Source of the DNA: an uncultured bacterium
GTDB lineage: Bacteria > Zhuqueibacterota > QNDG01 > DSAB01
Direction of reading: 5' to 3'
DNA length: 64,000 nt
Assembly: GCA_964614115.1 (NCBI GenBank)
Contig: CAZTKR010000001.1
Span: forward strand, 10,614 to 74,613
Every line of letters begins with the position of its first letter. Position 1 is the stretch's first letter. Shown in pieces: positions 13,043-21,473 of this stretch. The position numbers were made by a program, and so were the translations under genes. The notes under the pieces are model-generated. The model made no database searches, was not told the DNA's origin, and worked only from the letters and a program-made list of their open reading frames with translations.

Positions 13043-13837
13043 TTAGGCCCCTTCATCCTTCACGGTGTTGAATATCTCATCGGCTTCCTTCACGTCGGCA
13101 TTCTCGTGTATGATGGCCTGCAGAGCTCGGGCCATGGCCACAGGATGTGGGCTCTGCCACACGTTCCGGCCCAGATTAATCCCGATGGCGCCCCGTTCCA
13201 TGCCGTCGTGGACGAATTCGAAGACCTCCCGGGCGGTCTCACACTTGGGGCCACCGGCCATGACGACGGGAACCGGGCAGCCTTCGACAACCTTTTCGAA
13301 GTCTTCGCACCAGTATGTTTTGACCACACGGGCCCCCAGTTCGGCTGCGATACGGCAGAACAGACCCAAGGTTCGGGCCTCCCGCTTCTCCAGCTCGCGT
13401 CCGACGGCGGTGACGGCCATCACGGGAATACCCGTGTCCTCGCATTCGTTGACAACACTGGCCAAGTTCATCAGTGTTTGATGTTCGTACTCGGTGCCGA
13501 TGAAGACCGAGACGCCCACGGCAGCCGCGTTCAACCGGACGACTTCTTGTATGGATGTGGTAATGCCTTCGTTGGCCAGGTCTTTACTGACCACGCTGGT
13601 GCCTCCGGATATCCGCAGGATGATGGGCAGGCTGTCTGTTGCATCCACACACGCACGCAGGACGCCCCGGGTGACGAAGAGCGCATCGCAGTACGGCAGG
13701 AGCGGCTTGATGGTTTCGCCCGGTTTTTCCAGTTTGTGGGTGGGACCCTGAAAATAGCCGTGGTCTATGGGTAAAAAGAAACAGTGACCGTCGGGTTGGA
13801 TGAGTCGGGATAATCGGTTTTTTATTCCCCAGTCCAT
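13043..13837 (-). CDS. Class I aldolase of the DeoC/FbaB (DhnA-type) family
   Basis: 264 aa. FLPIDHG N-terminal motif. TIM-barrel aldolase features typical of archaeal-type class I FBP aldolase or 2-amino-3,7-dideoxy-D-threo-hept-6-ulosonate synthase. AGGAGG RBS. Confidence 0.8.
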   Translation of the reverse strand: MDWGIKNRLSRLIQPDGHCFFLPIDHGYFQGPTHKLEKPGETIKPLLPYCDALFVTRGVLRACVDATDSLPIILRISGGTSVVSKDLANEGITTSIQEVVRLNAAAVGVSVFIGTEYEHQTLMNLASVVNECEDTGIPVMAVTAVGRELEKREARTLGLFCRIAAELGARVVKTYWCEDFEKVVEGCPVPVVMAGGPKCETAREVFEFVHDGMERGAIGINLGRNVWQSPHPVAMARALQAIIHENADVKEADEIFNTVKDEGA

Positions 13838-13988
13838 ATAGATCGCCTCCTGTCATGCCTAATGATGATGTTCCAACGAGGGTCTATTTTACGAAAAAAG
13901 CACACGATTGTCAAGCCGACATTCGGTGAATAAAAATCCCTGTCCAGGTCGGTTAAGCCAGGGCTTGCGTGTTTTATCGTGACGAGAA

Positions 13989-15215
13989 TCAGCGGCTGGA
14001 TTTTAACTTCAGACTCCGCGTCAGTCTCTGGAATGCTTTCCGGTAAGAATCGGGATTCTTCCAATCCGTGAAATCTCCGACAACACGCGTCTGGCAGATT
14101 TCCGAAGCCCACTCTTCGTCGGATGCCATCACGGCCTCATCCAGACGAATGGGGAACAGGATCCTCTGTTTTCGTCCTTCCTCCTGCCTTAACGCTGTCT
14201 CGACTTCGCGCTTCACCCACGATCTGTGAATCATGCTCTTGGAGAGCACCAACACGAGTTTGTCATAGCCATGTTTGGACTTATGGCTGGACCCTGTCAT
14301 GTCGCCACCCGTTTTCATATCCTCCGGACAAAGCCAGCAGCGAATGCCCTTTTCCTGCAAATCACCGTGAATTTTCTGGGCAAGCACATCGTCTTCATGG
14401 GAATAGCCGATAAAACAGGTGTAGTACGGTATGGGCTTGTCCGAGGGCTTTGATGGCAGGACCTTGATTATCCTGTCTGGAAGGCCGACGCCTCTCAGAA
14501 AAGAGATCGGCAATCTGCCGGATCGGCACAGTGTGTCGTGATCGATGATGCTGGGCCCGTGATGGATGCAGGACGCCAGGTTTTTCACGCGGCTCAAATC
14601 GGTGAATCCGAAGACGGTCTTATACAGGCGCACCTGTTTGAAATTGGTGTTGTGCAGAAGTGATTCTGTCAGATCGGCCCCACGGAGATTGGCTCTGCTG
14701 AAATCGGTCTTGCTCAGATCGGCTCCGTAGAGATCGGCTTCGGTAATATCGGACTCGCAGAGGTCGGCTCCTTTGAGCGTGGCTTTACAGAGGATGGCGG
14801 AACGGAGACGGGTCCCGCTCAGGTTGGCTTGGTCCAGGACTGCGCCGCTGAGATCGGCTTCGATAAGGTTGGCTCCGCCCAGGTCGGCCTCGCTAAGGTC
14901 GGCATTGCGGAGATTGGCCAGGCTAATGTAAGCACCACTTAGGTAAGCCCCGTTCATAACGGCACCACTGAGACAGGCTCCGCTGAGATAGGTACCGTTG
15001 AGGTCGGCTCTGCTGAGATCGGCCTCCCGGAGGTCGGCACCGCTGAGATCGGCCTCGCTGAGATTGGCTTCGCTGAGGTCGGCCTTGACGAGCTCGGCCA
15101 TACGGAGATTGGCCAGATTGAGATCGGCCTTCTTACCCTCACTTCCGCCAGACATTACCCATTGCTTATGTTTTTCAAGGATTTTTTCAAGCTGTGGTGT
15201 TGTGGATTTTTTCAT
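13989..15215 (-). CDS. Pentapeptide-repeat protein fused to a C-terminal TIR domain
   Basis: 408 aa. Residues ~25-215 form about 35 consecutive pentapeptide repeats (ADLSE/ANLSE/ADLRE...). Residues ~265-400 show TIR hallmarks: YTCFIGYSHEDD (beta-A/alpha-A), GIRCWL, KTGGD (BB-loop), LVLVLSKSMIHRSWVKREVETAL (conserved Glu). No recognisable Shine-Dalgarno sequence. AT-rich non-coding DNA follows. Confidence 0.85.
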   Translation of the reverse strand: MKKSTTPQLEKILEKHKQWVMSGGSEGKKADLNLANLRMAELVKADLSEANLSEADLSGADLREADLSRADLNGTYLSGACLSGAVMNGAYLSGAYISLANLRNADLSEADLGGANLIEADLSGAVLDQANLSGTRLRSAILCKATLKGADLCESDITEADLYGADLSKTDFSRANLRGADLTESLLHNTNFKQVRLYKTVFGFTDLSRVKNLASCIHHGPSIIDHDTLCRSGRLPISFLRGVGLPDRIIKVLPSKPSDKPIPYYTCFIGYSHEDDVLAQKIHGDLQEKGIRCWLCPEDMKTGGDMTGSSHKSKHGYDKLVLVLSKSMIHRSWVKREVETALRQEEGRKQRILFPIRLDEAVMASDEEWASEICQTRVVGDFTDWKNPDSYRKAFQRLTRSLKLKSSR

Positions 15216-15693
15216 GTCAGGCTTCAGAAATTATTAAAAAGGAATATTTTTAGCGACGTCGCGCTTTGCCTAGACAAAGCATTCCAAAGCTGTAACCCTC
15301 TCCCTGGTGCACAGAAATCCGCATTTTGTCTATTACTAAAAAGAAGGATATCAGAATACAACATAAAAAATTTACAATAAAAAGCAAGGACTAATGAGTG
15401 GATTGCTGCCTCGACGATCAGTGGGTTTTCCATTTGATCTTTTGGGAAAGATTCTTATATTACGCGTGCGATGCAAAAACCGACGGACTTAGAGTAATCC
15501 TCTGACGGATGGAAATTACAGTCCAGCCCCCAGGACGGGCCTTGACCTATGCGCATCAGCGGCATCGTCTTCTGCTCTATCTTCCAAGAATCACTCCCGA
15601 ACAGGTGTTTGTCCCGTCCTTTTACTAGGATGACACGATGAAAATATACGTACTCTCCCCGAGCTTTGGAATCGAGAAATAAGGAATATCAGG

Positions 15694-18126
15694 ATGCCTA
15701 TTCGCAAGCTCTTCCTCTTCGCTCTCCTGTTTTTTTGTGTCTTCTCGAATACCCGTGGCCAAGAAGCAGAGATGAGCGAACTGTCGGACCTTACCGTTGA
15801 AAAGATCATGCGGGATCCCCGGTGGATGGGTGTATCGCCCAGTGAAATCACCTGGTCGGAAGACGGGCAACGCATTTACTTCAACTGGAATCCCGAAAAA
15901 GCCGAGAGTGACTCCTTATACGTGGTGTCCAGAAATGGCGGTACACCCCGTAAGGTGAGTTTGGCCGAGAGGAGAGTGCTCCCTGCCAGTCAGGGCGATT
16001 ATGACCGGTCCTGGTCCCGAAAAGTGTATGAGAAGGACGGCGACATTTTCCTCCTGGACATCAAGCGATGGAGGATCAGGCAGATCACCCGCACGGTCGA
16101 GGTGGAACGAAATCCCCGTTTTACCGCCGACGGGAAAAAGGTCACGTATATCAAAGACCGGAATTTATATCTCTGGCATATCGATAACGGAGAGATCGTT
16201 CAGCTCACCGATTTCCGTGACGGTTTTCAGAAATCCGAGAAAGAAGAGCCAAAGATCGACCAGGAGAAATGGCTGAAAAAAGAAGAAGCAGAGCTTGTCG
16301 GGTATTTAAAAAAGCAAGCAGATCTGAAAAAGTTATCCGAAAAAAACAAGAAAGCCGTGTTGCCCGAGAGACCGAAGAAGATCTTCGTCGAGGATAAAGT
16401 AGTGCAGGATGTGCAGTTGAGCCCCGGCGAGCGCTTCATCACCTTCGTCCTAAATAAACCGGCCAGGCAGGCCAAGCGGACGATGGTCCCCAATTATATC
16501 CATGAGACGGGATTCACAGAGGTCCTTGATGCCCGTACCAAGGTGGGAAGCACCCAGAGTACGTACCAGCTGGGCGTGTACGATATAAAGGAAGATACTG
16601 TCCTGTTCGTTTGCACAGAAGACATTCCGGGAATCTACGATCGGCCTGCGTATCTGGAAACGTATGATGAAGCGGGCTCAGAGGAGGACGCGCAAGAGAA
16701 ATCCCAAGAGACGGAAAAATCCGAACAGAAAAGTGCCAGGGAGGTGATGTTTCCCGACCTGGTCTGGGCAGAGGACGAAGACTGTGCCGTCGTTTCTGTG
16801 ATGGCTCAGGATCACAAGGATCGATGGATCATGCTCCTGGAGCCGGATTCGGCCAGGCTGAGGCTCCTGGATCGCCAGCATGATGACGCCTGGATCGGCG
16901 GACCGGGCATACGGCGTTGGCGGCGGCAGGGGCCCGTCCTCGGCTGGATGCCCGACGGCAGGCGGGTTTGGTTCCAGTCGGAAGCATCAGGCACCTCCCA
17001 TCTCTACACCGTCGATATCCAGACGGGTGAGAAAACGGCCCTGACCAGCGGCCCTTTCGAGGTTTATACGCCCCGAATCTCTCGGGATAAAAAACAATGG
17101 ACATTCACGTCCAACGAGGCGCATCCCGGCGAGCGGCATTTTTACCGCATGCCCATCGATGGCGGAAAGGCTGTCCAGACAACCCGGATGGAGGGTTCGA
17201 ATCAGGTTTTTCCATCACCCGACGGGAAGATGCTGGCCGTCTGTCATTCGGTCAGCAACCGGCCTTGGGAGCTGTTCATCATGGAGAACAAGACCGGCGC
17301 TCCAGCGAAACGCATAACCCATTCCCTGAGCCCGGAGTTCCTGTCGTATCCATGGCGCCAGCCCGACGTGATCACGTTTCCGGCCCGCGATGGAGCACGC
17401 GTCCATGCGCGTCTGTACCGTCCAGCGAATCCAGAGCCGGGGGGCCCGGCCGTGATCTTTGTTCACGGTGCGGGATACCTTCAGAACGCCCACAAGTGGT
17501 GGAGCCACTACTTTCGGGAATACATGTTCCACAACCTTCTAGTCGATCATGGCTACACAGTATTGGATATCGACTACCGGGCCAGCGCCGGCTACGGCCG
17601 GGACTGGCGAACGGCCATTTACCGGCACATGGGGGGGAAAGACCTGACGGATCAGGTCGATGGCGCCCGGTTCCTGGTCGAAGCATGCCACGTGGACCCG
17701 AAACGAATCGGCATATACGGCGGGTCGTACGGCGGGTTTATCACCCTGATGGCCCTGTTTACCGAACCTGATGTGTTTGCGGCGGGTGCGGCACTTCGAC
17801 CCGTGACAGACTGGGCGCATTACAATCACTGGTACACGTCCAACATCCTGAACGTGCCCTACGCCGACAGCTTGGCCTACGTGCGGAGCTCGCCCATCTA
17901 CCATGCCGAGGGGCTGAAGGGCGCCCTTTTGATGTGCCACGGCATGGTGGATGTGAATGTTCATTTTCAGGATGTCGTCCGGTTGTCCCAGCGGCTCATC
18001 GAACTGGGAAAGGAGAACTGGGAACTGGCCGTTTATCCGGTGGAGGGACATGGGTTCCGGGAGCCCAGCAGCTGGACCGATGAGTATAGACGCATCTTCA
18101 CGTTGTTCGAGGAGAACCTGAAATAA
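15694..18126 (+). CDS. S9 family serine peptidase (prolyl oligopeptidase/dipeptidyl peptidase-like) with N-terminal TolB-like beta-propeller
   Basis: 810 aa. Signal peptide. Propeller repeats. C-terminal alpha/beta-hydrolase domain with nucleophile motif GGSYGGF and Asp/His downstream. A Lys/Glu-rich linker is present. Confidence 0.9.
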   Translation: MPIRKLFLFALLFFCVFSNTRGQEAEMSELSDLTVEKIMRDPRWMGVSPSEITWSEDGQRIYFNWNPEKAESDSLYVVSRNGGTPRKVSLAERRVLPASQGDYDRSWSRKVYEKDGDIFLLDIKRWRIRQITRTVEVERNPRFTADGKKVTYIKDRNLYLWHIDNGEIVQLTDFRDGFQKSEKEEPKIDQEKWLKKEEAELVGYLKKQADLKKLSEKNKKAVLPERPKKIFVEDKVVQDVQLSPGERFITFVLNKPARQAKRTMVPNYIHETGFTEVLDARTKVGSTQSTYQLGVYDIKEDTVLFVCTEDIPGIYDRPAYLETYDEAGSEEDAQEKSQETEKSEQKSAREVMFPDLVWAEDEDCAVVSVMAQDHKDRWIMLLEPDSARLRLLDRQHDDAWIGGPGIRRWRRQGPVLGWMPDGRRVWFQSEASGTSHLYTVDIQTGEKTALTSGPFEVYTPRISRDKKQWTFTSNEAHPGERHFYRMPIDGGKAVQTTRMEGSNQVFPSPDGKMLAVCHSVSNRPWELFIMENKTGAPAKRITHSLSPEFLSYPWRQPDVITFPARDGARVHARLYRPANPEPGGPAVIFVHGAGYLQNAHKWWSHYFREYMFHNLLVDHGYTVLDIDYRASAGYGRDWRTAIYRHMGGKDLTDQVDGARFLVEACHVDPKRIGIYGGSYGGFITLMALFTEPDVFAAGAALRPVTDWAHYNHWYTSNILNVPYADSLAYVRSSPIYHAEGLKGALLMCHGMVDVNVHFQDVVRLSQRLIELGKENWELAVYPVEGHGFREPSSWTDEYRRIFTLFEENLK

Positions 18127-18206
18127 ATCTCATGGAATACGATGAGACCAGAGATCGGTCATTATAGGATTCAAGGTATCTTTGTGTATTCTGGATTTCG
18201 AATGAT

Positions 18207-18225
18207 GGGTTATCATGATAGGAGG
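18207..18225. promoter_or_regulatory. Palindromic box GGGTTATCATGATAGGAGG (core TTATCATGATA), copy 1
   Basis: An 11/12 match to the perfect palindrome TTATCATGATAA, located at the 5' end of amidohydrolase paralog 1. A 17/19-nt match lies at 21394-21412. Confidence 0.5.
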
Positions 18226-19975
18226 AAGGAGCATGATGTTTAAATCTCCGGTTGGATTTCAGAAAAGAATGCGGATTGGAATTGCCGTCCTATGGATGCT
18301 GGTTTTTCTCATTCCCTGTCACGGCGCTATCGGGAGCGGCGAGTTCGGGAATGTGTATGCCATCAAGGCCGGGAAAATCATCACCGTCACGGGCGGCATC
18401 ATCGAAAACGGGACGATTCTGGTGCGAGACGGCATCATACAGGCCGTGGGTCAGAACATTGTCATCCCACCGGACGCCGAGATTGTGGCGGCCGATACGA
18501 TGTGGGTGTATCCCGGGTTGATCGATGCACACACGTCCCTGGCCCTGAAGCTGCCGACGAAGAAGAGCGACGAGGCTCAGGAACAACAGACACAGACGCC
18601 GGCCAGCAGCGAAGGCAAGGCTTCCCCGGAATTACTGAAATCGGATCGATGTGCCGCCGATCTGTTGAATCCCAAAGACACCAAGATCGCCAAGGTGCGC
18701 CAGGCCGGTGTGACCACCGTGCTGACCATTCCCACCAGCGGGATTTTCATCGGTCAGAGCGCTTTGATCAACCTCTTTGGCGACACGGCCGAAGAGATGA
18801 TACTCAAATCGCCCGTGGCCATGCATCTGGGCTATCAGCGGCAGTCGGGGGTCTATCCGTCCACACTTTTCGGCGTCATCGCGTATCAAAGGCAGACGTT
18901 CCTGGATGCCCAGCACCATCAGCTTCTCTGGGATCGATACGAGAAGCAGAAGGCGGGATGGCGGCGTCCGCTGCCCGATAAATCTCTGGATGCGCTGATA
19001 CCTGTTCTGGAAGGAGATCTGCCCATCATCATCTCGGCCAACAAGGAAAACGAGATGAAGCGGGCCGTCCGTCTGGCCGAGGAGTTCGGATTGAATTACA
19101 TGATCAGCGGTGCCACCGAAGGGTGGCGAGTCGTGGATCTTTTAAAGGCCCAGCAGAAACCGATGCTGGTCAGCCTGAATTTCCCCAAGCCCAAGGACGT
19201 GACGGGTTATGCCTTCAAGCTCAAGGTAAAAGGGCCCGAAAAGGAGAAACCCGACGAAAAGAAGGCAGAGTCGAAGAAGGAGAAAGAAGGCAAAGAGAAG
19301 AAGGAGGAAGAAGATCCCGAGAAGAAAGAAATTTATGCCAATGCCAGCGTGCTCCACAGGGCCGGGATTACGTTCGCGTTCACATCACAAGGCCTGAAAA
19401 AGCCCGATGAATTCATGAAGAATGCGGCCAAGGCCGTGGAGCACGGCCTTGCCAAGGAAGAAGCCTTGAAGGCCATGACCATCAACCCGGCGACCATTTT
19501 CGGCGTGGCCGATCAGGTGGGCAGCATCGAAGAAGGCAAGATCGCCAACCTGGTCATCACGACAGGGGATCTGTTCGATGAGAAGAACAAGGTCAAGTGG
19601 GTCTTTATCGACGGCCATAAGATCGACGTGGAGGAGGCCAGGAAAAAGCCCGATGAGGAACCTGCCGTGGATGTGACGGGAACCTGGGAGATGATGGTCA
19701 CCACCGAGATGGGGGACATATCGGCTACCGTGACCCTGGCACAGACGGGTTCCGAGGTAACCGGTACGTTCAAGAGCGAAATGGGAACGTCGGACATCAC
19801 AGACGGGACAATCAGCGGCAGCGACATCGAATTTAGCGTCACGCTGCCCGTCATGGATCAGCCCAGGGAGTTGGTTTTCATCGGAACCGTGGAGGGAGAT
19901 ACGATGGAGGGCAGTCTCGATCTGGGCGCCATGGGCACGGCCGAGTGGAAGGCCACCCGTCCGGGCTGGGAGTGA
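18215..19975 (+). CDS. Secreted amidohydrolase-superfamily protein (COG1228-like), paralog 1, degenerate metal site, extra C-terminal beta-rich domain
   Basis: Signal peptide (the real start may be ATG 18233, behind AGGAGGAAGGAG). Amidohydrolase fold motifs are present, but the first-strand motif reads DAHTSL instead of HxH. It carries a KE-rich low-complexity insert and a ~100-aa C-terminal extension. Confidence 0.8.
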   Translation: MIGGRSMMFKSPVGFQKRMRIGIAVLWMLVFLIPCHGAIGSGEFGNVYAIKAGKIITVTGGIIENGTILVRDGIIQAVGQNIVIPPDAEIVAADTMWVYPGLIDAHTSLALKLPTKKSDEAQEQQTQTPASSEGKASPELLKSDRCAADLLNPKDTKIAKVRQAGVTTVLTIPTSGIFIGQSALINLFGDTAEEMILKSPVAMHLGYQRQSGVYPSTLFGVIAYQRQTFLDAQHHQLLWDRYEKQKAGWRRPLPDKSLDALIPVLEGDLPIIISANKENEMKRAVRLAEEFGLNYMISGATEGWRVVDLLKAQQKPMLVSLNFPKPKDVTGYAFKLKVKGPEKEKPDEKKAESKKEKEGKEKKEEEDPEKKEIYANASVLHRAGITFAFTSQGLKKPDEFMKNAAKAVEHGLAKEEALKAMTINPATIFGVADQVGSIEEGKIANLVITTGDLFDEKNKVKWVFIDGHKIDVEEARKKPDEEPAVDVTGTWEMMVTTEMGDISATVTLAQTGSEVTGTFKSEMGTSDITDGTISGSDIEFSVTLPVMDQPRELVFIGTVEGDTMEGSLDLGAMGTAEWKATRPGWE

Positions 19976-20039
19976 GGTTAGAGGCATGCAAGTCCTCATC
20001 CCGTCACGATCACGAGTAATAATCGTTATGGAGGTATAG

Positions 20040-21383
20040 ATGATGTTAAATGTACGATGGCGAAGGAGACTCATCGCCGGGCTGACTGTGATGGTCATTA
20101 TGATCGTTATTCCCCTGCACGGTCAGCTCAAAGTTGAAGGAGAGGGAGACGCCCTCTTGATCAAGAATGCTACGGTGATGACCGTGACTCAGGGAACCAT
20201 CGAGAACGGTTCCATCCTCATACGCAACGGGAAGATCGCATCGGTGGGTTCCGGTGTGGCCGGACCCGATGGGGTCCGGGTCATCGATGCCAAGGGACGA
20301 TATGTCATGCCGGGCATCATCGATTCCCATTCCCATATGTGCAGCGAGGGCGGCATCAACGAGATGACGGGCACGGTGACGCCTGAGGTGAACGTGGAGG
20401 ATATCCTCCGGCACGACGATATTGGCATGCAGCGTGCCCTGGCCGGAGGCGTGACTGCCCTGAATACGCTTCACGGGAGCGCCAATGTCATCGGCGGCCG
20501 GAATGCCGTAATCAAGCTCAAGTTCGGGAAACCCATGGAAGAGCTGATGATACCCGGCGCCATGTCCGGGATAAAATTTGCCCTGGGCGAGAATCCCAAG
20601 CGTTCCAATTTTCGTGATCCCCGGGGAAGCCGGTTTCCCATCTCCCGCATGGGAGTGATGCATAAAGTCCGGGAAGCCTTTACCCAGGCGAAAGAATACA
20701 TGCGCGCATGGGAAGAGTACGAGCTGAAAAAGCAGGGGAAGATCAAGCAGGCCCGATGGGAGAAGAAACGGGGTCCGATTCCCCCCAAGCGCGACCTTCG
20801 CCTGGAAGCGCTGGCCGATATCCTGCGGGGAAAACTCACCATCATCTGTCACGGGTACCGGGCCGATGAGATGCTGGCCCTGATGGAGCTGGGCGATGAG
20901 ATGGGATTCAAGGTAGGTTCGTACGAGCACTGTCTGGAGGGATACAAGATTGTGGAGGAACTGGTAGAGCACGACGTCATCGCTTCGATATTTGCCGATA
21001 TGTGGGCCTACAAGATGGAAGCCTTTGACGCCATTCCGTACAACGCAGCACTCTTGACAGAGCACGGCGTCGTGGTTACCATCAATTCGGACAGCAACGA
21101 GCGAATACGCCGTTTGTACCAGGAGGCGGCCAGGACAATCAAGTTCGGAATGTCCGAGGAGGATGCCCTGAAGACCATCACCCTGAACCCTGCCAAGATG
21201 CTGCACATCGATGATCGCGTGGGGAGCATCGAGAAGGGCAAGGACGCAGACCTGGCCATTTTCAACGGACACCCTTTCAGCGTGTATTCTAAGGTGGAGA
21301 TGACGCTGATCGAAGGGGAGATTTATTTCGACCTGAGTACGGCCAACACGGTTGCAAAGACACTGGCGGAATCATCGGACTAA
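20040..21383 (+). CDS. Secreted amidohydrolase-superfamily protein (COG1228-like), paralog 2, canonical HxH
   Basis: 447 aa. Signal peptide. VMPGIIDSHSHM metal-binding motif plus downstream His/Asp ligands. GGAGG RBS. Confidence 0.85.
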   Translation: MMLNVRWRRRLIAGLTVMVIMIVIPLHGQLKVEGEGDALLIKNATVMTVTQGTIENGSILIRNGKIASVGSGVAGPDGVRVIDAKGRYVMPGIIDSHSHMCSEGGINEMTGTVTPEVNVEDILRHDDIGMQRALAGGVTALNTLHGSANVIGGRNAVIKLKFGKPMEELMIPGAMSGIKFALGENPKRSNFRDPRGSRFPISRMGVMHKVREAFTQAKEYMRAWEEYELKKQGKIKQARWEKKRGPIPPKRDLRLEALADILRGKLTIICHGYRADEMLALMELGDEMGFKVGSYEHCLEGYKIVEELVEHDVIASIFADMWAYKMEAFDAIPYNAALLTEHGVVVTINSDSNERIRRLYQEAARTIKFGMSEEDALKTITLNPAKMLHIDDRVGSIEKGKDADLAIFNGHPFSVYSKVEMTLIEGEIYFDLSTANTVAKTLAESSD

Positions 21384-21393
21384 TGGCCCTCTC

Positions 21394-21412
21394 GGATTAT
21401 CATGATAAGAGG
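21394..21412. promoter_or_regulatory. Palindromic box GGATTATCATGATAAGAGG (perfect 12-bp palindrome TTATCATGATAA at 21397-21408), copy 2
   Basis: Seen in the sequence about 65 nt upstream of the paralog 3 start. It matches the box at 18207-18225. Confidence 0.5.
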
Positions 21413-21473
21413 TAGACATATCCATCTCAAAGATATATATCAGAACCCGAAAATGGAATACAAGAGGATGACT

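Noticed and set aside
14400-15160. An approximately 15-nt periodic DNA repeat (gctgagatcggcttc / gccaaggtcggcctc ...) that could be taken for a tandem-repeat or CRISPR-like array.
   Set aside because: The periodicity is the coding image of the pentapeptide repeats (5 aa = 15 nt) inside one continuous ORF. There are no constant repeats separated by unique spacers and no cas genes.
13043-15215. Possible operon linking the TIR fusion gene to the downstream aldolase and Zn-dehydrogenase (a Thoeris-like multi-gene system).
   Set aside because: A 151-bp gap with a hairpin plus T-tract separates the TIR gene from the aldolase. The aldolase and dehydrogenase have strong native SD sites and look like ordinary sugar-metabolism enzymes. 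No SIR2/SLOG/Macro effector is present.
17190-17215. A tRNA T-arm-like string GGGTTCGAATCA.
   Set aside because: It lies in-frame inside the S9 peptidase gene. No acceptor or anticodon arms are apparent. It is a chance match.
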